A stretch of DNA of 64,000 bases from Klebsormidium nitens (taxonomy: Eukaryota; Plantae; Klebsormidiophyceae), in NCBI GenBank assembly GCA_000708835.1, contig DF237130.1, forward strand, positions 1 through 64,000, read 5' to 3'. This document shows, piece by piece, positions 1 to 8,649 of this stretch. The first letter of the stretch is position 1. Every line of letters starts with the position of its first letter. The notes below the pieces were generated by a model. The model ran no database searches. It was not told the DNA's origin and was given only the letters and a program-made list of their open reading frames with translations. The position numbers and the translations under genes are program-made.

Positions 1-183
1 TTGTTGAGCCGGCTTTGGCCGAACCAACCAGGCTGCGGGGCGATCGGGCAGCCAGGCGGCAAACTAGAGCGAGAAGAGCGCCCGGGACGGGAATGGTGCC
101 TCCAGGCCCGGTTTAGGTCAGTGAACCCTAGAACCTTTGCACACAAAGCCACACACTCCGAGTATAAATGAACGCTTCAAATC

Positions 184-1449
184 ATGGGGCCGCCCTGCTG
201 CGTAAAGAAATGGGCGGACCATGCCAAGTTGAAGGTGACTCGAGTAGAGACACCTCCTCACCTCCTCGCCTCTCACCTCCTCTTGAATGATGGGATCTTG
301 CGGATACCGGGCGAGAAGGAGACCGCCTTTAATAACCTGTATGCAAAGTGGTGGGCAGACGGCAAGTGGATGTACGTGGTGCAGAAGAGAACGAAGGTCT
401 TCAAGCTATTCGTAGACCTGGATTATGAGTGCGTGATGGAACCATCCGACAACGAGCTGGTAACGGTGTGCCTGTCAATCTATAGCAGGGTAGCAGAGCT
501 GGTAGGTGCAGCTGCCAGCCGCTGCATCGTGAGCGTGGCAGACGGGACGAAGCGCCTCAAGGAAGGCGGGTTCAAGAGGGGCGTGCACATCGTTTGGCCG
601 GACGTCTGCATAGACGATACCCAGGCCCTGGTGCTGAGGCGATGGCTGCTGGTGAGGCTGAATGATGAGTTTGGACAGAACTCGTGGGAGAAGGTGGTGG
701 ACTCCAACGTCTACAAGGGGGGCAGCGGGCTGCGGATGAACGGGTCCATGAAGATGCCCACGTGTGAGGCATGTGGGGGGCGCAGAGAGAAGAGCTGCAA
801 GAGCTGCGGTGGGCAGGGAAAGGTGACGGATCCGCGCAGGTATGCGGTCTTCAGGTGCTTCGTAAACGGGACGGAAGACGAGGGACTCCTAGAAACATGC
901 GTCCGGGACCTGGAGACGCAGATAAGCCTGACCTCTATCAGGGTGTTGTCGAAGGGCCGGGTCTCTGTGGTCATTCCCCCCTGCGATGCGCCCGAGATGG
1001 ATTCAGGGCAGCCGGCATTCCGGCAGTCCTCCGGTGCCATAAGCCATGTCCAGGGAGGGGACCGAACGGAGGCGGTGGCCCGGGAGATCAGGCTAGCGTT
1101 CCCAGAGTGTTTCGATCAAGGAGAGCGCATAGAAAATGTACAGGAGTTTGCGGGCTCGTATTACCTGGCGCATACCAACAGCAAGTACTGCAATAACCTC
1201 GGTAGGCCTCACAACAGTAACCGGATCTACTTTTACCTGAGCGCTGGTTACATGTTCCAGAAATGCTACTGTACATGCGAAACGCTGAAGGGGAGGAGCC
1301 AGGGATTATGCCAGCACTACAGAAGCCGCGGTGTGAAGATGAGCGAGGCGCTCAGGAAGGAGCTGTTTCCGGGTGCCGGAGCAGACGGAGAACAAGAGGA
1401 GGAAGTGGAGGAAGCTGAGGAAGCTGAGGAAGTGGACGAGTGGAGGTGA
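184..1449 (+). CDS. Archaeo-eukaryotic primase (NCLDV/UL52/PrimPol-like), 421 aa
   Basis: Motifs KLFVDLD (DxD), GVHIVWP, D-x-x-VY-x-x-GSGLRM-x-GS-x-K. C-terminal Zn module YCNNLGRPHNSNRIYF...QKCYC...C. Acidic tail. Confidence 0.85.
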   Translation: MGPPCCVKKWADHAKLKVTRVETPPHLLASHLLLNDGILRIPGEKETAFNNLYAKWWADGKWMYVVQKRTKVFKLFVDLDYECVMEPSDNELVTVCLSIYSRVAELVGAAASRCIVSVADGTKRLKEGGFKRGVHIVWPDVCIDDTQALVLRRWLLVRLNDEFGQNSWEKVVDSNVYKGGSGLRMNGSMKMPTCEACGGRREKSCKSCGGQGKVTDPRRYAVFRCFVNGTEDEGLLETCVRDLETQISLTSIRVLSKGRVSVVIPPCDAPEMDSGQPAFRQSSGAISHVQGGDRTEAVAREIRLAFPECFDQGERIENVQEFAGSYYLAHTNSKYCNNLGRPHNSNRIYFYLSAGYMFQKCYCTCETLKGRSQGLCQHYRSRGVKMSEALRKELFPGAGADGEQEEEVEEAEEAEEVDEWR

Positions 1450-1816
1450 GTTCCCCCACTGTTTTTGCTTCCTCCACTGTTTTTTGATGGGTGGGCTGTT
1501 GGCTGCGTGTTGGCTGGGCTGTTGGCTGCCTGTTGCTTGCTGTTGCTTGCTGTGTTGGCTGGGCTGAGAAATACATGAGAAATACATAGTCGAGATCCAT
1601 GGTGGGAAGTCGACCGAGCAGCCAGTCAATTAGTAATTGGATACCACCAAATCGATTTGTACAATTCAGGTCGTATATTCACTAAACGTCATTCCTAACA
1701 CTTGTTGACATCCGGTCGTCTTTATAGCTAAAACTGGACGACTCTGAGAACGTACCTACGAATTATCTCCTAGCGGTGGAATCGGACAGCGAATGATTTC
1801 TTGTTTAACTTCAGAA

Positions 1817-2035
1817 ATGGGATTCTACGAAGACGAACATCCGTGCGGGTGCGTCGATGGTACTTGTACTCTTTCAGTTCCACCTCAGTATTACGTCGTA
1901 AAAAAATGTTGCAACCCCGAGACCTGCTCGACAAGAGCGCAGAATAAGAAAGCAGCGAGGGATATCGACACAGACCTTTGCGAACGTTTGGGATTGACGA
2001 AAGAAAGACTCTCTGAGATCCGAAGCGGACGGTAA
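1817..2035 (+). CDS. Small Cys-rich hypothetical protein; possibly spliced to a second exon at 2216-2279
   Basis: ATG at 1817, CGC..C..CC..C pattern. A donor overlaps the stop (G|GTAAT at 2032) and an acceptor CCTTGCAG ends at 2215. Confidence 0.4.
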   Translation: MGFYEDEHPCGCVDGTCTLSVPPQYYVVKKCCNPETCSTRAQNKKAARDIDTDLCERLGLTKERLSEIRSGR

Positions 2036-2617
2036 TCGTCGAACGATGCTGACGTGGCAGAGGATGCCTCCTAGGGTTCGCACACCCATCTCGTGCCTGT
2101 TGCTTGCCGTTGCTTCCTCCCACTTGTTGTGCTTGCTTGTCCTGCCCACTTCACTTGTTGCGATTCTGCTACTTTGTTGTGGATCACCGACGCACGGGCT
2201 TTGTCGTCCTTGCAGGCGGAAGAAGAAGCCGGCAAAGAAGAGGGGGATAATCATAAGCATGGCCAAGTACCTCAAATAGGAGAGGGTATATCAAACTTCA
2301 CATTCCTGTACAGTCTGTGAATAGCTTGCCGTGCTTCGTCAGGCAACGATAAGTCGGCCATGTTTTACTGCCCCAGGGCTGTTGGCCGGTTTGCGATACC
2401 TCATTAGTTCGGGTGGTGCTCCGAGAGCTTCGATAGTTTGTAAAGGCGTTTGAGTGCGTTTACAACGGCGAACATACAGGTGGAGATGCGCAAAAGGGTG
2501 TGAATAGTTTGCTACATGTTTGTACTATTCAACAGCCACTCAAGCAATGATGCCAATGCGTGGAGTGACAATGAATGGATGAATGGTATATACAAGTTAT
2601 TGTACATTACAGTCGCT

Positions 2618-5208
2618 TTACCTCCTCCTATACATTTCCCGAACCGCTTCACATGCATCTTCTAATGTCTGCCTATACTGCGGCGGGAGACCGCTCTGTG
2701 GAGCCACTGTCTCCTCGTTAGCTCCCTTGATGTCCACCCCAATAACCCACTCTCTCTTCGTGTTGTTGGCTCCATTGGGCCGGGGGTAGGGCATGTCGAG
2801 CGGAGGTGCAGTTTGCGAGATGAACACCACACCCTTCTCAGCCCACACCGGATGCGAGACGATGGCAGTCTGGTTGATGCCGAGGTGCTGCCGCAGGTGG
2901 GTAACCAGGTCATCCCTTGGCATGTACACGTTGATGTTGTTGGCGAATATGGTCAGGCCACGTCCTTCGATATACCCCCTCAGGGGATCCAGCCTCGTCA
3001 TCAGACGGTTTCCGGAGCGAACGAAGTCGGGGATGGCCAGTCCATCGAAGCTCAAAGAACCCAGCTCCCTGAGGAGCCTGTGGTATGTGCGGACGGCCGC
3101 CAGGATGATCTGGGGCAGCTCCGCCTCGAGCTTGTTCCCCAGCTTGGTGTCGACGGTGACCACCGGATAGTCAAAGGGAAAGACTGCAACCCTCCGGCGC
3201 AAAGCTCCACTGGGGTCGTTCCAGCATTTGGGGTATCCAGTGTTCCCTGCCAGCCATCCGTGTGCTGTGACCGTTGTAACCTTTGCAGTCTGGTACTTAA
3301 TTGCTACCGACACACTATCTCCGGCCACCAAACTCTGGAACATGCTCTGGTCCAGGTTCATGTCGTCCTTGACCTCTGGGCAATACCAGACGAACTTATC
3401 AGCTATGGAGCTCAAGCCAAAAATCTTCTCACTCTGGTTGTTCACAACACCCACGTCCCCCTCTTCGTACAACTTGTGGATCACATATTTGAGAAGCAGG
3501 CTCTTGCCTGCAAGGGGAGGGGGTCAACGGGTCAGCTATTGCTCAATCACAACGGCCCTGCTTGGCGGAAAGCAACAATCGGGAAAAGATCCCACCAGTC
3601 CAATCGAAATATGCGGAAAGTTGCGGCAAAGACCACTCAGTTTATTTTCGTCATTTCACCTGTCCCCGGTACTCCTTCCAGGAATGGCATAGTCTGCCAA
3701 TCATCGCAAACCCCAATCGGAGTCATGCTCCGTCCTATGAAGCCCAACATCCAGACCATCTGGTCCTGTGAAAACCGCTGACCCTTGTCGCGGTCCTCGT
3801 TCTGACCCTCTTCGCCGCGTAGAAGTTTGTCAAAGACGGGATGGTGGACCGTTGTCTCATCCCCCCCTTCGTCGTAGATGAGAGGGGCGTTGTGGAACTT
3901 CGCCGACACCACGGCGTCGTCCAGAACCCGGTCGACGTCCTCGTATGGGATGAAAGCCTCTTTAGGAGGCTCCCCCTCTGCTCTTCCTCGGTCCCGAGCG
4001 CCCGGCTTGCACATGTCCTTCTTGAGGTCGGTCACGAAGATCCCGTTGGTAAACGAAAACACGCTCCTGTTCTTCACCATCACCGGGAAGCTTTCGTCGA
4101 CTGTGATGTTCTCTATCTGCATGGCAGCGGCTCCCAATAACCCCAGCTTCTCCGTGCAGAGATCGTTTACCTCGTCACTATCCCCCTTCATGGCGACGAG
4201 TTCCTGTAAGATCGTGGTGTTGGACTTGAACGTCCTGGTGTCGTGACAGATCCCCGGAGCTGTCACGATAAACACCCGCTTCCAGACCTCCGAGGACTTC
4301 TCCTCTGATCTTCTGAACCCCTCCCTCACACACTTCTCCGTAAACCTGCTTATCAGCGACGTCAGGGGATTCCCCTGATGTTGTGTGCATTGGATCGTGC
4401 CCAGCATGAGCTCCCGGATCTGCTGAATGCGACGTTTCAGCTCCTTGATGAGAGCCTTGTCCTCCGGCCGAGTAGTCGTACTCTCCACTCTCCTAACCTC
4501 TGCCAGGCAGTCCCGCACCCCTGTGGTGAAGGTGTTGTTGTCCCAGTGAGTGAGCACGCCGAAATGGTCACCCAACCTAAAGGTCTCCTCAGGGGTCAGC
4601 GGCGCCACCAGTCCCCATTTGATGCGCAGCCCCTGCAAATCTAGGGGGGCATCACCGTCCCCTGGCTCGTTCTCGGGGGTGGCAGGTGGGTCCCCATCAG
4701 GTGGGTCACCCTCTGAGCCCTCGTCTGGTGAGCCTCCCCCGTGCTCTGACCCGCCCCCTGCGTCGCCCTCTGAGCCGCCGTCTGGTGAGCCTCCCCCGTG
4801 CTCTGACCCGCCCCCTGCGTTGCCCTCTGAGCCGCCGTCTGGTGCGTGCTCTGCCCCGCCACCTGCCCCGCCCTCTGAGCCGCCCTCGTCTGGTGTGTCA
4901 GGCTCTGAGTTTCCCCCCCTGCCACCAGCAGCTGAGTCGCCCCTATCTCCAGCTCCTCGTGTGTCTGCTGCACCGTTCTCAGGCCTTCTTGGTTCATCCT
5001 CGCTGTCATCAAGCTGCCCATGTTTGCGCTTGCGCCGTGCAAACACAGAATACTGTGCTGTGGTTTCTTCAACTGGCTCATCATCTATCCCGTTCCTGTC
5101 GTCGGAATTCTCAGAGTTGGTTCCATCCTGGGACCTCGCTGACAGCATCTCATCGCCGAGCGACTCCCCCGAACCCTCCTCTGCAGAGGCGCCTCCCCAC
5201 CCTTCCAT
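2618..5208 (-). CDS. D5-like superfamily 3 helicase, two exons (5208-3660 and 3507-2618), about 812 aa
   Basis: Splicing gives FLEGVPGTGKSLLLKY (Walker A), then WYCPEVK (Walker B region), GWLAGN and ALRRRVAVFPF (Arg finger). The exons join in frame. Confidence 0.9.
3508..3659 (-). other. Spliceosomal GT-AG intron (152 bp, phase 1) in the D5 helicase gene
   Basis: Minus strand ACAG|GTGAAAT ... GCTGAC (branch-like) ... CCCCTCCCCTTGCAG|GCAAGAGC. Removal restores GGC AAG AGC (GKS). Confidence 0.88.
4690..4895 (-). repeat. Coding tandem repeat, 57-bp unit (GGSEGDAGGGSEHGGGSPD), about 3 copies, in the helicase N-terminus
   Basis: Units start at CTCTGAGCC at 4711, 4768, 4825 and 4873 (third unit shortened to 48 bp). 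Confidence 0.85.
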
Positions 5209-5516
5209 GCTGTAAAAGGTGGTGCTTTTACGCCCCTTGATGAAATGCGGCCTCTCTGTTACAACTTTGTTACATACCTTGCAAGTACTGACCAAAAACA
5301 GTCGCCGGTCGAATCCCAAATCGACGGTATACGGGCCGCGCAGGATTTCAAATTGACGGTCGCGATCCCACCGCGGGAGAATTCGGCCGGCGACTGCATC
5401 GCTCTAAACGGTATCCAGCTAGGCTAGTACACGTACTCACCTTGTAGGGTTCACGTACTCACCTTTTGGCGACAAGTCAGTCTTGAGGAGGTGAAAAGAA
5501 CGCGACCTGGCTGAAG

Positions 5517-6323
5517 ATGGCTGAAGATGCCTGGTGGGATGCCTGCGTCGCAGCTGAGAGGCAGCGGGAGGCCCGCCAGCCTGCAAAGAAGCGGAGAAAA
5601 CGCTTCCTGACCCTCGAGCAACTGCGGGCAGAACTAACGGCCTTTGGCTTTGACCTGGAAGGTTCCAATGAGAAAAAGCAAGTGTTGCTGGACTTGTTCA
5701 CAGAGGCAGTGCAAGCCTCAAAAACAGACGACAGCACCTCCCTGTCTTCCGGAAATTTGGCCAGAGTGAAGAACAAATGGCTACAGCAGCAGCAGGCGGA
5801 AAGGCTCAAACAAAAGGCATTGGAGAAGACCGCGCGGGAACGCCTAGAGAAGAAGCAGAGGGAGGAGGAGAGGGAGTATGCAGCAAAATTCGGGCCATGG
5901 TCCAATGAAGAATTGAGGGGCTTCTCAGATACAAAATTGGAACAGCTCAGGAGGGGCCTCAATTCAGAAGTGGAACGCTGCACGTCACAGGAGAGGGGGG
6001 AACGACTGTTGGATGCGGAGGTGTCTGTGCTCCGGGAGCAGGGGAGGAGAATCAAACGACGCGACACTGAGGGGAAGGCCACCCCCGTGCCGCTCACCAA
6101 GGACCAGCGGCTCACCAAGGACCTAAAATCAATCCTTTCCACAGTAGGAGTCGATGTACCCGCTCGCAGCACACTGGAGGAGCTCAGAAAGTCTAGCAAG
6201 AAAGCCTCCCTCTTAATCCATCCAGATAGGGTGCGGAAAGGCGCTAGTGCAGAAGAGATTAAAACACGTAGCGAGTTGTGTAAGAGGTTCAATAGCATCA
6301 GGTCTCAGCTCTTTGCAGCTTGA
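5517..6323 (+). CDS. Coiled-coil protein with C-terminal J-domain-like HPD segment, 268 aa
   Basis: LRKSSKKASLLIHPDRV...CKRFNSI resembles helix II-HPD-helix III. The N-terminal part is K/E/R-rich. Confidence 0.55.
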   Translation: MAEDAWWDACVAAERQREARQPAKKRRKRFLTLEQLRAELTAFGFDLEGSNEKKQVLLDLFTEAVQASKTDDSTSLSSGNLARVKNKWLQQQQAERLKQKALEKTARERLEKKQREEEREYAAKFGPWSNEELRGFSDTKLEQLRRGLNSEVERCTSQERGERLLDAEVSVLREQGRRIKRRDTEGKATPVPLTKDQRLTKDLKSILSTVGVDVPARSTLEELRKSSKKASLLIHPDRVRKGASAEEIKTRSELCKRFNSIRSQLFAA

Positions 6324-6534
6324 CGCTAAAAACCAACTTGTACATTGGTGAATATGAATATATCTGCTTGCTTATACACCTACTTTGCTTACACATTGAT
6401 GATGCCTGAGAATATATGATCAAATGTATGTATGCATCAACCTCAAAAATCTACGGTCCTGATGGCAGCGGACGGCCGTAAGAGGTTCTCCGCCATGTGC
6501 GAATGAAGAGCATGGCGTCTCAACTCTTTGCGAG

Positions 6535-7308
6535 TTAAACAATCTGTTCCCGCGCCATGTGCAACTCTGGTTCCTCGATGCAAATGTCGTCTTCTGTAGC
6601 GCACCGCGAACAAATGCCTGGCAATACCCCTCCTATGACCGGTCCCACGATAAATACCCAGAGGTCGTCCCACTTCTTGTTCGGTCCTCTGTTCCATGCA
6701 GCTACCGCTGCGCCGATGGATCTGGCAGGGTTAATGGATGTCCCGTCGATGGGAATCAGGGCCAGGTGACAGACCAATACAGCACCACCAATTGCAATCG
6801 CGGCGTGCCCGTGCATGACTCTCCGCTTGTCGGTCACGTATAGAACGACCGAGCAGAGCAGGCTCGTGGCTATGATCTCCGCGAGCAACGCCTGCCACAG
6901 GTGATGACCGGCCCCGACGTAGTTGACACCAGGATGCAAAGAATATAAGTCCGAATCGGCACATGCTCGAGCGAGCAATGCTCCGACGACAGCCCCCAAC
7001 ACCTGGGAGACTATGTACAAAGCAGCAGTCAGAGCGCTGATACTCCCGCGCAAGGCCAGAGCTATGCTGACCGCCGGGTTGAGATTCGCGCCACTAACAT
7101 CGGCTATAGCATATACGAGTGTGCCAATCGTGCCTCCGAAAACGACAGCAATGTCGAGGGGGCTCTGAGCCGATGTAAATGGCCCGTGAATACCATTCTG
7201 ATAGTTACTCACCGTGCTTATCACAATGAACAGGAACAGACTTGTTCCTGCAAATTCGGCGCCGCATGCATGTGCCAGCCTTCGAAATTTGTTCCCACCA
7301 GCCACCAT
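6535..7308 (-). CDS. Aquaporin (MIP family), intronless, 257 aa from ATG 7308
   Basis: Two NPA boxes (SGANLNPAVS, GTSINPARS), AEFAGT and AEIIAT helices, six hydrophobic segments. Confidence 0.93.
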   Translation of the reverse strand: MVAGGNKFRRLAHACGAEFAGTSLFLFIVISTVSNYQNGIHGPFTSAQSPLDIAVVFGGTIGTLVYAIADVSGANLNPAVSIALALRGSISALTAALYIVSQVLGAVVGALLARACADSDLYSLHPGVNYVGAGHHLWQALLAEIIATSLLCSVVLYVTDKRRVMHGHAAIAIGGAVLVCHLALIPIDGTSINPARSIGAAVAAWNRGPNKKWDDLWVFIVGPVIGGVLPGICSRCATEDDICIEEPELHMAREQIV

Positions 7309-7516
7309 GGTTACTCCTACGTCGGAAAAAATTCGCACCGCGTGCGAGCCCCCGAATTCTTCTCGCAGCGTACCCTAGATCGGGTCCCATGGTCAGGGCT
7401 ATCGACGTTTTCTCAGGGATCGGGGGCTTTGCCGTGGCCCTGAGTGGGGGAATCGCGACGACTGCAGCGTTCTGTGATATCGCACCCGCTGCACGCGCTG
7501 TCTTGAGAAAGAACAT

Positions 7517-8649
7517 TGTGACGGTTGGACAGGGTTTACACGCTGCCTGTCTACTTCACATGTGCGGAAACCATGCGAAGCTTTTCAGCACGCCTTGGGA
7601 NNNNNNNNNNNNNNNNNNNNNNNNNNNNNNNNNNNNNNNNNNNNNNNNNNNNNNNNNNNNNNNNNNNNNNNNNNNNNNNNNNNNNNNNNNNNNNNNNNNN
7701 NNNNNNNNNNNNNNNNNNNNNNNNNNNNNNNNNNNNNNNNNNNNNNNNNNNNNNNNNNNNNNNNNNNNNNNNNNNNNNNNNNNNNNNNNNNNNNNNNNNN
7801 NNNNNNNNNNNNNNNNNNNNNNNNNNNNNNNNNNNNNNNNNNNNNNNNNNNNNNNNNNNNNNNNNNNNNNNNNNNNNNNNNNNNNNNNNNNNNNNNNNNN
7901 NNNNNNNNNNNNNNNNNNNNNNNNNNNNNNNNNNNNNNNNNNNNNNNNNNNNNNNNNNNNNNNNNNNNNNNNNNNNNNNNNNNNNNNNNNNNNNNNNNNN
8001 NNNNNNNNNNNNNNNNNNNNNNNNNNNNNNNNNNNNNNNNNNNNNNNNNNNNNNNNNNNNNNNNNNNNNNNNNNNNNNNNNNNNNNNNNNNNNNNNNNNN
8101 NNNNNNNNNNNNNNNNNNNNNNNNNNNNNNNNNNNNNNNNNNNNNNNNNNNNNNNNNNNNNNNNNNNNNNNNNNNNNNNNNNNNNNNNNNNNNNNNNNNN
8201 NNNNNNNNNNNNNNNNNNNNNNNNNNNNNNNNNNNNNNNNNNNNNNNNNNNNNNNNNNNNNNNNNNNNNNNNNNNNNNNNNNNNNNNNNNNNNNNNNNNN
8301 NNNNNNNNNNNNNNNNNNNNNNNNNNNNNNNNNNNNNNNNNNNNNNNNNNNNNNNNNNNNNNNNNNNNNNNNNNNNNNNNNNNNNNNNNNNNNNNNNNNN
8401 NNNNNNNNNNNNNNNNNNNNNNNNNNNNNNNNNNNNNNNNNNNNNNNNNNNNNNNNNNNNNNNNNNNNNNNNNNNNNNNNNNNNNNNNNNNNNNNNNNNN
8501 NNNNNNNNNNNNNNNNNNNNNNNNNNNNNNNNNNNNNNNNNNNNNNNNNNNNGCGTCGTTAAGACGTAACCACCGCCGTTTCGCTAACCCGCAGGTCAAC
8601 GAAATCCTGTCGAGAACGAGGTTAGGCTTAACCAGTCGTAATCGTTACA
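7517..8649. mobile_element. LTR-retrotransposon-type insertion (solo LTR or collapsed element), mostly assembly gap
   Basis: Starts TGTGACGGTT and ends AATCGTTACA (8/10 inverted). Flanked by a 5-bp direct repeat AACAT at 7512-7516 and 8650-8654. Confidence 0.75.
7601..8552. other. Assembly gap (N run)
   Basis: Run of N. Confidence 1.

Noticed and set aside
1446-1670. Perfect donor G|GTGAGT overlapping the primase stop codon
   Set aside because: No convincing nearby acceptor adds meaningful coding sequence, and the protein is complete without it. Left unresolved.
3484-3660. Reading the split helicase as two genes, a frameshifted pseudogene or an intein
   Set aside because: Canonical splice signals remove the segment exactly and restore GKS. 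It contains stops and lacks intein termini.
2813-3781. 322-aa plus-strand ORF (and the similar 4550-5215 +, 9589-10257 -, 10791-11435 - and 12088-12900 - ORFs)
   Set aside because: They are antisense shadows of motif-bearing genes in GC-rich coding DNA and have no recognisable motifs of their own.
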